Below, piece by piece: positions 47,172 through 55,970 of a stretch of 64,000 nucleotides of DNA. Position numbers and translations under genes: made by a program. The notes beneath the pieces are model-generated. The model saw only the letters and a list, made by a program, of their open reading frames with translations. It made no database searches and was not told where the DNA came from. The stretch is from contig JANQNK010000004.1 of the NCBI GenBank assembly GCA_028279595.1, positions 174,993 through 238,992 of the forward strand, given 5' to 3'. The DNA is from Thermoplasmatota archaeon (GTDB taxonomy: Archaea; Thermoplasmatota; JAKEGO01). Position 1 is the stretch's first letter, and each line of letters starts with the position of its first letter.

Positions 47172-47278
47172 TGAGACGCGTTGAAGCTGCCGAGGCCCAG
47201 CTTCGAGCGCTGTTGTCCTCTCTGTTCAGGATCCCTGAGACGCGTTGTCCCCCGATCGGCCGGGGTCTAGCGCTGTTG
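47172..47278 (+). repeat. Dispersed hairpin repeat, tandem copies C and D (64-bp period)
   Basis: TGAGACGCGTTG-AAGCTGCCGAGGCCCAGCTT-CGAGCGCTGTTG (47172-47215) and TGAGACGCGTTG-TCCCCCGATCGGCCGGGGT-CTAGCGCTGTTG (47236-47278). Confidence 0.8.
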
Positions 47279-47340
47279 CGGTAATGTCGGTTACCCTTTT
47301 ATCCGGAAATCACAATGCGGGGCCAATCAGGGGGCGCTAA

Positions 47341-48201
47341 ATGTTCGACAAGGACAAGTTCATAGACGCTGCCGTCAAAGGTCTCCGCGACGGCGTCGTG
47401 GAGCTGCCGCCGGACGTCACCGAGAGGATACGGACGGCGTACGAGAACGAGACGAGCGACATCGCCAGGATGCAACTGAAGGCGATACTGGACAACATCG
47501 ACCTCGCCCACGATGAGGGTCTACCTTTGTGCCAGGACACGGGCGTTCAGCTCTTCTTCGTCAAGGCTGGCTACGATTTCCCTTACCTGTCAGATGTCAT
47601 GAAAGCGATACCGGAGGCGATAGAACGGGCGACGGCCGAGGTGCCCTTGAGGCCGAACACGGTCGATCCGTTCACCGGCGTCAATCCGAAGAACAACCTC
47701 GGGCACAACATGCCGGCCGTGACTGTCGAGCTTGTCGAGGGCGACGGCGCCACTGTCATCGTATTTCCAAAGGGCGGCGGGAGCGAGAACATGTCCGCTC
47801 TCTGGATGCTCACGCCCGCAGAGGGTTTCGACGGTGCAAAGAGGAAGATCCTGGAACAGATGCAGTATGCCGCGGGGAAACCGTGCACCCCAGTGGTGCT
47901 GGGCATCGGGTTCGGCGGCGGCGCCGACATCGCACTCAAGCTCGCCAAGAAGGCGCTCCTGAGACCGTTGGGGACGGAGAATCCGATCCCGGAGGTGGCG
48001 GCGATGGAGAAGGAATTGATGGACGACGTCAACTCAATCGGCATAGGCCCCATGGGGCTGGGCGGCAGGACGACCGCTCTTGGGGTCCACATCGAACATA
48101 CGGTGAGGCATCCGGCGACGTTCCCGGTCGCCATGGTGGTCCAGTGCTGGTGCGACCGCCGGGCCATCGTCAAGCTCGACGTCAACGGGGAGGTGGTCTG
48201 A
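47341..48201 (+). CDS. Class I Fe-S fumarate hydratase alpha subunit
   Basis: PLCQDTG, LRPN, PKGGGSEN, KPCTP, GIGPMGLGG, RHPA..PV..QCW. Confidence 0.92.
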   Translation: MFDKDKFIDAAVKGLRDGVVELPPDVTERIRTAYENETSDIARMQLKAILDNIDLAHDEGLPLCQDTGVQLFFVKAGYDFPYLSDVMKAIPEAIERATAEVPLRPNTVDPFTGVNPKNNLGHNMPAVTVELVEGDGATVIVFPKGGGSENMSALWMLTPAEGFDGAKRKILEQMQYAAGKPCTPVVLGIGFGGGADIALKLAKKALLRPLGTENPIPEVAAMEKELMDDVNSIGIGPMGLGGRTTALGVHIEHTVRHPATFPVAMVVQCWCDRRAIVKLDVNGEVV

Positions 48202-48797
48202 TGACCGAGTACAGGCTGCAGACTCCGATAGACGAAGAGACCATCGCCGGACTGAACGCCGGCGACATCATCTACATATCAGGGACCGTCTTCACGGCGC
48301 GTGACGAGGCTCACATGGAGCTTCTCAAGGACGGGGAGCCGGAGGGTCTGGACATGACCGGGCTCGGCCTCTACCACTGCGGACCGGTGATGAAGCAGAC
48401 CGATGGAGTATGGCAGGTCGTCTCGGCCGGACCGACCACGTCGTTCAGGATGGAGACGCTCGAGCCGGGTTTCCTGGATATGTTCGGAGTCAAGGTCATC
48501 ATCGGAAAGGGCGGAATGGGGCCGGGGACCCTGGCCGCGCTCGAAAAGCACAATGTCGTTTACGCGACCTTCACGGGGGGTGCTGGAGCGCTAGCTGCAA
48601 AGGGACTTGGTCGAGTGGCTGCAGTCCATTATCTTGAAGAGCTCGGCATGCCAGAAGCGGTCTGGATCTTCGAAGCAAAGGATTTCGGCCCTCTCGTTGT
48701 CTCGATGGACGCTCACGGAAACTCGTTGTACGCCGACGTCGACGCTGAGACGAAGGCCAACCTGAAGGCTATCTTCGAGAGAAAGGGGCTTGACTGA
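48201..48797 (+). CDS. Class I Fe-S fumarate hydratase beta subunit
   Basis: TARDEAH, YHCGP, GPTTS.RM, IGKGG, LGMPEA, FGP; ATG overlaps the alpha stop. Confidence 0.92.
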   Translation: MTEYRLQTPIDEETIAGLNAGDIIYISGTVFTARDEAHMELLKDGEPEGLDMTGLGLYHCGPVMKQTDGVWQVVSAGPTTSFRMETLEPGFLDMFGVKVIIGKGGMGPGTLAALEKHNVVYATFTGGAGALAAKGLGRVAAVHYLEELGMPEAVWIFEAKDFGPLVVSMDAHGNSLYADVDAETKANLKAIFERKGLD

Positions 48798-48800
48798 ACC

Positions 48801-49487
48801 TCATTCCAGGCGGTCTATCAGGTCGCCGAAGAAGCCCATCAGGGCATGGTACTCCCATTTGGTTATCACAGCGCGTCCGAAGATCCTTCTGTAGTAGGTC
48901 TCGACGCGCTCGCGGCGCGCGTCATCGTATTCAAGTATCTCAAGCAGCTCCGCCGCCCTCTCGACTAGCCTGTCGCGCTCGGATGCGGAGGCCTCCTCCT
49001 TCTCCGGGAGGTCCCAATTCCCCTTGGAGAACTCGTACAGGAAGATGCCGACGGCATGTGAGAGATTCAATATCGGATAGTCAGGGAACGCTGGTATGGA
49101 CGCGATGATGTCGCAGACAGCGATCTCCTCGTTGGATAGTCCAGCGTCCTCCCTTCCGAACAGGAGGCCGACGTTGCCCGTGAAGTCGCTGAGATGTTCG
49201 ACCAATGCTTCCGGTGTGTGAGCGAAGCGGGTCTCGCCCTTCTCGGAGCTCGTGAAGCGGCCAGTTGTTCCCACACGGATGTCGACGGGGGCGTCCTGGA
49301 TCGAGTCGTAGTACATTGCGTTCTCGAGAGTGTGGCGCCCGTGCATGGACATCCTCATGGAGTCGTCGTCCGGGCGGAAGTCGCCGACTATGGCAAGGTC
49401 ATTAATGTTGAAGTTGGCCATGATCCGAGCGACGGAACCAACGTTGCCCCCGTAGATCGGTTCGACGAGAACGACGGTGATCTTCAA
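48801..49487 (-). CDS. trmJ: TrmJ-family SPOUT tRNA 2'-O-methyltransferase
   Basis: VLVEP..GNVGSVAR.M.NF, FGREDAGLSNEE, YPILNLSHAV. Confidence 0.9.
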   Translation of the reverse strand: MKITVVLVEPIYGGNVGSVARIMANFNINDLAIVGDFRPDDDSMRMSMHGRHTLENAMYYDSIQDAPVDIRVGTTGRFTSSEKGETRFAHTPEALVEHLSDFTGNVGLLFGREDAGLSNEEIAVCDIIASIPAFPDYPILNLSHAVGIFLYEFSKGNWDLPEKEEASASERDRLVERAAELLEILEYDDARRERVETYYRRIFGRAVITKWEYHALMGFFGDLIDRLE

Positions 49488-49500
49488 GTTAGGCCTCCGT

Positions 49501-49779
49501 CTAGTCGAGGCGCCAGATCCTGAGTACCTGCTTCGTCAGGACCATCACCTCTTCGAGTGGGTGGATGGTGTTCCCGCCCTCGGTCCCGGGACCGGATGGC
49601 AGGGCCACCTCGGGTTTCTTCCATCTGACCTCCCGGGTCGAAGTCTCGATGACGTTGTCGAGTAGCATCGCTTCCTCGTCGAACTCGATGAGACGCCCCT
49701 TGTAGGTCCGGCTGTCGACTGTCACGACAAGGATGTCGCGCCCGAGGAGATCGTCCAGATAACGCTTTCGAAGGTTCAT
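49501..49779 (-). CDS. Sm-like (LSm) domain protein
   Basis: Sm1-like LLGRDILV..DSRTYKGRLIEFD..LLDNV.E, with a long loop before Sm2. Confidence 0.6.
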   Translation of the reverse strand: MNLRKRYLDDLLGRDILVVTVDSRTYKGRLIEFDEEAMLLDNVIETSTREVRWKKPEVALPSGPGTEGGNTIHPLEEVMVLTKQVLRIWRLD

Positions 49780-49861
49780 TCCGACACCGTTTGACCACCC
49801 AACACGATTTATTTAAACGTTTTGAAGGTAGAGGACATGGTCTATGGAGGCACCATTATCA

Positions 49862-50644
49862 TTACACCCAGGCCTCGATCTGGCAGGCATGTGTGAACAG
49901 CCGTCTGCGGGCGAGGGACGCCACGGTCATCGACGAGATGATCCCGCCTCCGACTATCATGAAATATACTATGATCTGGTACTGGGCGGCGACGATTGGG
50001 CTCGTCCCCGCAAGGACCAGGCCGGTCATGGCGCCGGGAATGAAGATTATCCCCAGTGTCCTCAAGCTGTCTAGGGTCGGGATCAGGGCCGATCTGATCG
50101 AGAGGGTCTCGTACGGTTCGATTGATTGTGTGCTGGATGCGCCCAGCGCCAGGGAGGTCTCGATCCGCGTCCGATTGAGCCTTGCCTCGCGTACCAGGCG
50201 GTCAAGGGTCAGGGAGCATATTATCATAGCATTCCCAATGGCCATCCCCGCGAGGGGGATAATGAACTGCGGAGCCGGAGGGATCGCGCCGGTGATGAAG
50301 AGGAATACCAGGACGGACCCCGATCCAAGGGCGATGCTCGGCGTTGTTATCATCATGGGATTTGGCATGTCGGGAGTCCTTCTGGCCGATGTCCAGCCAC
50401 CGATGAACATCATGAAGGGGAGCAGTAGCAGCGTCCACAGGGGCCACAGGTCCGAGACGAATATCAGGGTCAGCAATACGGCAACGACGGCAAGCTGCGA
50501 TCCACCCTTGACGAGAGCGAAGGCGAAGTCGCGATCGATCCCTAGGCGTCTTCTCCTGGAAAGCACCAGGACGAGCAGGAAGAGCAAGGATACCAGTCCG
50601 AGGCGGAACAGTCCCTCAGCCTCATCGTATGGTATTCCGCTCAA
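49862..50644 (-). CDS. fetB: FetB/YbbM-family ABC permease
   Basis: IIPLAGMAIGNAM, IETSLALGAS, IPGAMTG..LAG..P..AAQYQI; TTG start overlapping the ATPase stop. Confidence 0.88.
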   Translation of the reverse strand: MSGIPYDEAEGLFRLGLVSLLFLLVLVLSRRRRLGIDRDFAFALVKGGSQLAVVAVLLTLIFVSDLWPLWTLLLLPFMMFIGGWTSARRTPDMPNPMMITTPSIALGSGSVLVFLFITGAIPPAPQFIIPLAGMAIGNAMIICSLTLDRLVREARLNRTRIETSLALGASSTQSIEPYETLSIRSALIPTLDSLRTLGIIFIPGAMTGLVLAGTSPIVAAQYQIIVYFMIVGGGIISSMTVASLARRRLFTHACQIEAWV

Positions 50645-51333
50645 TATGCCACCCCCCAATCGAACTCGTCCGGTTGAGCGATCTGGGTGATCCTCCCATC
50701 CACCAGATTTGCAATGCGGTCTCCGACCCTTCGCGCCTGGTCGGCGGAATGGGTTACCCAGAGGAACGAGGTCTTTCCCTCCCGGGCCATCGAGACTAGC
50801 GCGTCCTCTATGTGCCGTAACCGTTTCGGGTCGATCTCCGACGTGGGTTCATCGAGCAGCAGGACCTCGGGGCCGATCGCTAGTGCTCGAGCGATTGCGA
50901 CACGTTGCTTCTCGCCTCCGGACAGCTTCGACGCGGACCTGTCGAGGTGTCTCCTGGACACGGCAGCTACCTTCGCGGCCTTTGCGACGGCCTTCGCGAC
51001 CACCCTGGGGTCGTCCACGCCGCGGACCGTTAGTCCGAACGAGATGTTCTCGCGCACGGTCCCCGGGAACATGGCGCTATCCTGGAAGACCATCCCGACC
51101 TGCGACCTGAGTTGTCTGGCGTCCAGCCCGTCGACGTTCGCACCATCGAACTTGATCGCCCCTTCGTCCGGGTCGTGGAGCCTGTTGGCGCAGCGGAGGA
51201 CCGTGCTCTTACCGCTCCCCGAGGGACCGACGATCGCGATCACCTCGCCCTTCTGAAGCTTCAGGTCGACGCCGTTCAGGATGGGATGTCCGCCGAGCGA
51301 CTTGTGGACGTTTTCGAATTCGAGGACGCTCAC
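50641..51333 (-). CDS. fetA: ABC ATP-binding protein (FetA/YbbL-like)
   Basis: GPSGSGKST, LSGGEKQR, LLLDEPT; adjacent to fetB. Confidence 0.85.
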   Translation of the reverse strand: MSVLEFENVHKSLGGHPILNGVDLKLQKGEVIAIVGPSGSGKSTVLRCANRLHDPDEGAIKFDGANVDGLDARQLRSQVGMVFQDSAMFPGTVRENISFGLTVRGVDDPRVVAKAVAKAAKVAAVSRRHLDRSASKLSGGEKQRVAIARALAIGPEVLLLDEPTSEIDPKRLRHIEDALVSMAREGKTSFLWVTHSADQARRVGDRIANLVDGRITQIAQPDEFDWGVAY

Positions 51334-51632
51334 ACGATCACCTCACCGTGGAGTTCGGTGATGGACCTTCGTATCCGCCTCAGGACGTGCTTCCCTTTCG
51401 GCGTCGCCCGGTAGACCCTGCGGGAACGTCCGCCATCCTTCCGTTCCCTGGACCTCAGAATGCCCTCATTCTCCATCTCGTGGAGGAGAGGGTAGATCGT
51501 GCCGGGGCTGACCGTGTAGCCGTGATCTGCCAGTTCATGGATCATCCACATACCGTAGACGCCTTCGGGAGAGCACGCGTGGTGCAGGACATGGACCCTC
51601 ATGAAACCGAGTATGACCTTGCGTTCGAACAT
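51330..51632 (-). CDS. PadR family transcriptional regulator
   Basis: YG..MI.EL..HGY.VSPGTIYPLL..ME..G, RRVY.AT.KG. Confidence 0.92.
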   Translation of the reverse strand: MFERKVILGFMRVHVLHHACSPEGVYGMWMIHELADHGYTVSPGTIYPLLHEMENEGILRSRERKDGGRSRRVYRATPKGKHVLRRIRRSITELHGEVIV

Positions 51633-51634
51633 GT

Positions 51635-51663
51635 TATCGATTTTCGATATCGAATTTCGATAT
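51635..51663. promoter_or_regulatory. Tandem palindromic operator (probable PadR autoregulation)
   Basis: Two overlapping TATCGA-WWW-TCGATA sites (51635-51649, 51648-51662) between the TATA box and padR ATG. Confidence 0.65.
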
Positions 51664-51736
51664 AAAGAGATTGCCATAGATAAAGTTGGATTTGAATCAC
51701 TACAGGGAAATCAGCAGGGGTGTGGGTTTATCCCAC

Positions 51737-52720
51737 TCACTTGTCCCTGGAGACCATGTAATCGGCGATCCCGATGAGAAGGTCCTTGTGCTCGCTGTCC
51801 GGAAGCACGTTCAGGTACTCGACGGCCTTGTCGGACATCTCCTTCGTGGTCGTCTTGATGAAATCGATGGCGCCGGTCCGTTCGAGCACTTCCACGACCC
51901 TCGCCAGCTCCTCCATCGTGACGTCCTCGCGGCCGATGTTGTCGAGGATGGTCTGCCTGTCCTCGGGCGAAGAGTTCTCGATCGCGTGAAGCAAGATGAC
52001 CGTCTTCTTCCCCTCGCGGAGGTCGCTCCACTTCGGTTTTCCGATCTTCTCCTGTTCGCCGATGATGTCCAGGAGGTCGTCGTGTAGCTGGAAGCCGATC
52101 CCGACGTTGATGCCGTACCTCTTCATGGCCTCGACCTGTTCCGGCGTCCCCTTCGCGATGAGTGCGCCACCCCTTGCGGCCGTCTCGAAGAAGACCGCGG
52201 TCTTGAGCTCGATCATCTTCATCGCATCGGCCTCTGTGACGTCGCCACGGGACTCGAAGTCCATGTCGGACTGCTGACCCTCGCCTATCAATCGGACGGT
52301 CTTCGCCAGGTCCCGGACGATCTCGCGCATGGTCCTGTCGTCGCATTCGAGGTCGGTAAGCACCTCGAACGCCCTTGCGAAGAGCACATCGCCGGCGTTT
52401 ATTGCTGTCGGGTCGTCGAACGCCTTGTGGACGGTGATGACGCCGCGGCGGAGGTCGTCCTGGTCCATCAGGTCGTCGTGGATCAAGGTGAAGTTGTGGG
52501 TGAGTTCGAGAGCGACGCCGAACGGTATTGTCCTCTTGCCAGTACCGTTGATGGCATCAGCTACGAGCATCGCCATTACCGGGCGCAGCCGTTTCCCGCC
52601 GGCGAGCGGGTAGTGCCTCATCGCGTCGATGAGCTTCCTCTGGATGTCCAGGTCGAGGCTCTCCTCGAGCGCCTCGTCAACTATGGCTATCCTGCCCCCA
52701 AGCGCTTCCTTCAGATCCAT
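51737..52720 (-). CDS. idsA: Geranylgeranyl diphosphate synthase
   Basis: GGKRLRP, FTLIHDDLMD (Phe five residues before the first DDxxD, short-chain type), GQQSD, FQLHDD. Confidence 0.9.
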   Translation of the reverse strand: MDLKEALGGRIAIVDEALEESLDLDIQRKLIDAMRHYPLAGGKRLRPVMAMLVADAINGTGKRTIPFGVALELTHNFTLIHDDLMDQDDLRRGVITVHKAFDDPTAINAGDVLFARAFEVLTDLECDDRTMREIVRDLAKTVRLIGEGQQSDMDFESRGDVTEADAMKMIELKTAVFFETAARGGALIAKGTPEQVEAMKRYGINVGIGFQLHDDLLDIIGEQEKIGKPKWSDLREGKKTVILLHAIENSSPEDRQTILDNIGREDVTMEELARVVEVLERTGAIDFIKTTTKEMSDKAVEYLNVLPDSEHKDLLIGIADYMVSRDK

Positions 52721-52724
52721 CCTG

Positions 52725-53771
52725 TCACCTCATCGCCCCGGTCCACCTCTCGATCTCGGCGTCAAGTATCACCTGTGCCGATCGGAGGGACCGAATGTCG
52801 GGGGAACCCGTGAGGAACATGGCGGTCACCAGTTCCGCCCTGATAGCCTCGAGTTCCGCCTTCACCGCGTCCGCGCTCTCGGTCGCGGCGCGCAGCAGCG
52901 CGGCGGCCATCCCCGCCGAGCCTGCGCCCATGGCCAACGCCTTGGCGGCGTCCAGCCCGTTCCTGATGCCGCCGGTCGCGATGGTATCGAACCGGTCGGC
53001 CGCTAATGAGAGTGTAACTGGTGTCGGGACCCCCCAGTCCCAGAAGGTCGTCCCGACGCGTTTGAGCGGGTTGCCATCCGGAACGCGGTAGGTCTCCACG
53101 GCGGAGAACGACGTCCCGCCGAGGCCTCCGATGTCGAGGCCGACGATGCCTGTGCCGGCGAGCGCGTCGAGGTCGGCCCCCGAAAGGCCGGCGCCCGTCT
53201 CCTTGGCGATGACCTTCAGTTCGGACGCTATCTCGGTGATCGCGTCGAGGCAGCCGCGGGCCTTCCTGTCGCCCTCCGGCTGTGCGGCCTCCTGAAGGAA
53301 GTTGAGATGTATAGCGAGCACGTCCGCATCGACCATGTCCATGGCCTTCCGCGCGTCGTCCACGCCGTAGGCGCGCTTGTCCCCCTGCGGTATGAGCTGG
53401 GGCGCGCCGAGGTTCCCGATGACCAGAGGAACATCAAAGTCCTTTACAACTGAATAGGTGGATTCGAGGTCGGGGTGCTCGAGGCCCGCCCGCTGGCTGC
53501 CGACCCCCATCCCGATGCCGAATTCGGCCGCTGCCTCTGCGAGGTTCCGGTTGATCTCCTCGCCGCGAGGGTAACCGCCCGTTATCGCTGAGATGACCAG
53601 GGGCATCGAGAGCTCTGCGCTGTAAAGTGTGGCCGAGGTATCTATCTCGTCCATGTCGATCTCGGGCAGCGCCCGATGGACCAGATGGACGCCGTCCCAC
53701 CAGTTCTCGCTAGCGCTGACCCTGTTGTTGAGGACTATATCCACGTGGTCTGACTTCCGCTCCTGTATCAT
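52725..53771 (-). CDS. fni: Type 2 isopentenyl-diphosphate isomerase
   Basis: RKSDH, AITGG, GVGSQR, HLNFLQEAAQPEGD, KETGAG, GGTSF, WGVPT. Confidence 0.95.
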   Translation of the reverse strand: MIQERKSDHVDIVLNNRVSASENWWDGVHLVHRALPEIDMDEIDTSATLYSAELSMPLVISAITGGYPRGEEINRNLAEAAAEFGIGMGVGSQRAGLEHPDLESTYSVVKDFDVPLVIGNLGAPQLIPQGDKRAYGVDDARKAMDMVDADVLAIHLNFLQEAAQPEGDRKARGCLDAITEIASELKVIAKETGAGLSGADLDALAGTGIVGLDIGGLGGTSFSAVETYRVPDGNPLKRVGTTFWDWGVPTPVTLSLAADRFDTIATGGIRNGLDAAKALAMGAGSAGMAAALLRAATESADAVKAELEAIRAELVTAMFLTGSPDIRSLRSAQVILDAEIERWTGAMR

Positions 53772-53831
53772 GGGACCATACGATTGTGAAGTCCCTATTT
53801 AAAAGTTGGCGGATTGGTGTTCGGTGTCTGG

Positions 53832-54677
53832 CTATCCTGAACCGAGTATCCGCCTGGAGAGCTCTGCACCGATCGGTATGGACGACGCTTCGGACATCAA
53901 TGTGCGGGTCGAATGGACTCCGTCGCAAGTGCTCATCCGATCGAACGCGTTTCCCGAGAACAAACCGTGTGTGCAGACGGCGACCACCCTCGTAGCGCCC
54001 TGCGACCTGAGCTGTTCGGACGCTCGTGCGATGGTCCCGCCGGTCGAGATGATGTCGTCTACAATCGCGACGGACATTCCCGATACGTCGAGACCCTTCG
54101 GTTCCATCACGACGTGCTGGTCATCGAGCCTGACCTTGACGAGATGGTCCCAGGGCTTGTCCAGGTGTTCGGCGACAGCTTCGGCACGGTGCTTCGCCCC
54201 TTCGTCCGGAGCGAGGACGACATCCATGTCGTTGAGGAAGTCCGCGAACGATTTCGCGGGGTAGATGTTCTGGGCCGGAACGTCCGAGTTGTCGAGAACG
54301 GAAGGCGAATGGATATCTATCGTTGCAAGGGCATCCACGCTTCTGGAGATGTGCCTGATGATCGTGCCCGAGCTGACGGCCTCACCGGGGGTGAAGCTCT
54401 TGTCCTGGCGGGCGTAGCCCAGATACGGAACTAGGAGGTGGACGTATTCGGCGCCGCGCGATTTGATCAGGTCCGCGAGCACCAGGAGTTCGACGATCCC
54501 TCCGTCGGGAAACGCGTTCTGGACCAGGACGACCTCGCCCTCCAGGTCGTCGGGGATCCTGAAGTATGCCTCGCCGTCCGGGAACCTCTTGTGTTCAGGG
54601 ACGATGAGCTTCTGTCCGGACGCCTCGGCCATCTCGGCCGCGAGCTCGCGGCTGCGCGGTCCCGCTACAATGGTCAT
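53832..54677 (-). CDS. prs: Ribose-phosphate pyrophosphokinase (archaeal type)
   Basis: FPDGE, PYLGYARQD, APDEGA, VDDIISTGGT. Confidence 0.93.
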   Translation of the reverse strand: MTIVAGPRSRELAAEMAEASGQKLIVPEHKRFPDGEAYFRIPDDLEGEVVLVQNAFPDGGIVELLVLADLIKSRGAEYVHLLVPYLGYARQDKSFTPGEAVSSGTIIRHISRSVDALATIDIHSPSVLDNSDVPAQNIYPAKSFADFLNDMDVVLAPDEGAKHRAEAVAEHLDKPWDHLVKVRLDDQHVVMEPKGLDVSGMSVAIVDDIISTGGTIARASEQLRSQGATRVVAVCTHGLFSGNAFDRMSTCDGVHSTRTLMSEASSIPIGAELSRRILGSG

Positions 54678-54761
54678 GTTCCGGGATAGCGGAGCGCTCT
54701 CATAATGTTTGCTGTGGTGGGTCAGTAAAACCTATATAGCGGGGGGCGGGTTAGCCACCTC

Positions 54762-55970
54762 ATGGACTACGACGTAGCGGTAGTTGGCGCCGGACCCGGT
54801 GGTTCCTCGACGGCTGCAGCCCTCGCATCGGCAGGGCTCAACGTCGCGCTCATCGACAGGAGCGACTTCCCCCGGGACAAGGTCTGCGGGGGCGCGGTGT
54901 CACCGCGTGCGCTTTCCTCGCTGGAGCACATGGGACTCCTGTCAAAGGTCGAGAACGCTGGCTTCCGCAAGATACGGGGGGTCAGGGTCTCCTCGCCGAA
55001 CGGCATGGACGTGCTCGGCGATGCACCGACTGGGACTCCGTTCCGCAACTACGGCTACACTGTCCTGAGGTCCAGGTTCGACGAGCTGGTCAGGCTCCAC
55101 GCCATCGACAGGGGGGCTAACTTCATCGGCGGAGCGCCCGTCATCGACCTCGTCCGGAAGGACGGTGCGGTCTCCGGCGTCATCGTCAGGAAGGACGGGA
55201 AGACCGAGATCTCTGCAAAGGCCGTTGTCGGGGCGGACGGACCTGGCAGCATCGTCGCGAAGCTCACGGGCCTCTACTCGCGGGATCCCGACAACCTAGG
55301 AGTTGCTTCGCGCGCCGTCTTCAAGAACGTCTACGATATCGAGGACTATGTCGAGTTCCATTTCGACAGGTCCGTTCTACCGGGCTACGCCTGGATATTC
55401 CCGCTCGCCGACGGTCACGTCAACATCGGCCTCGGAGGACTGGTCGAGCGGTTCAAGAAGGACGGTTCGGACGTCTTCCACCTCCTCGACGTCTTCATGA
55501 GGAAGAACAAGTGGGCGGCCGAGAGATTGGTCGACGCCGAGGTGGTCCTGAAACCCCAGGGATGGGTCCTGCCCATGGGCGGCAAGGTGGAGCGCTCGGT
55601 AGCGGACGGCGTCCTGCTTGTCGGAGACTCGGCGCATCAGATCAACCCCCTTACAGGCGAGGGGATCGAGTACTCGATGGAGGCGGGAACGATGGCCGCC
55701 AATGTGATCGCCGCGGCGATCGAGGCCGACGACATGTCCGAGGCGCGCCTCGAGGAGTACGAGAGGTTGTGGCGCGGCGAGTTCACGTCCGATTACGAGA
55801 ACTCGATCAAGATAAGGAACATGCTCCAGAGCCAGTCACTGTTCAACCTGCTCGTCCGCAGGGCCAAGAAGAAGAAGGTGCTGGCAGATACCCTGGCCGG
55901 GCTCATAGCGAACATGCTGCCGAAGGAGGACCTCAATTCGAGGTTCAAGTGGTTCAAGCGGATCCTCTAG
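54762..55970 (+). CDS. Geranylgeranyl reductase family flavoprotein
   Basis: GAGPGG, FPRDKVCG, RSRFD, PGYAWIFP, GDSA..INPLTGEGI. Confidence 0.88.
   Translation: MDYDVAVVGAGPGGSSTAAALASAGLNVALIDRSDFPRDKVCGGAVSPRALSSLEHMGLLSKVENAGFRKIRGVRVSSPNGMDVLGDAPTGTPFRNYGYTVLRSRFDELVRLHAIDRGANFIGGAPVIDLVRKDGAVSGVIVRKDGKTEISAKAVVGADGPGSIVAKLTGLYSRDPDNLGVASRAVFKNVYDIEDYVEFHFDRSVLPGYAWIFPLADGHVNIGLGGLVERFKKDGSDVFHLLDVFMRKNKWAAERLVDAEVVLKPQGWVLPMGGKVERSVADGVLLVGDSAHQINPLTGEGIEYSMEAGTMAANVIAAAIEADDMSEARLEEYERLWRGEFTSDYENSIKIRNMLQSQSLFNLLVRRAKKKKVLADTLAGLIANMLPKEDLNSRFKWFKRIL

Noticed and set aside
47172-47278. CRISPR mini-array or integron attC sites
   Set aside because: Only two tandem units with short split conserved blocks, self-complementary cores and no cas or integrase; GTT/AAC order is opposite to attC.
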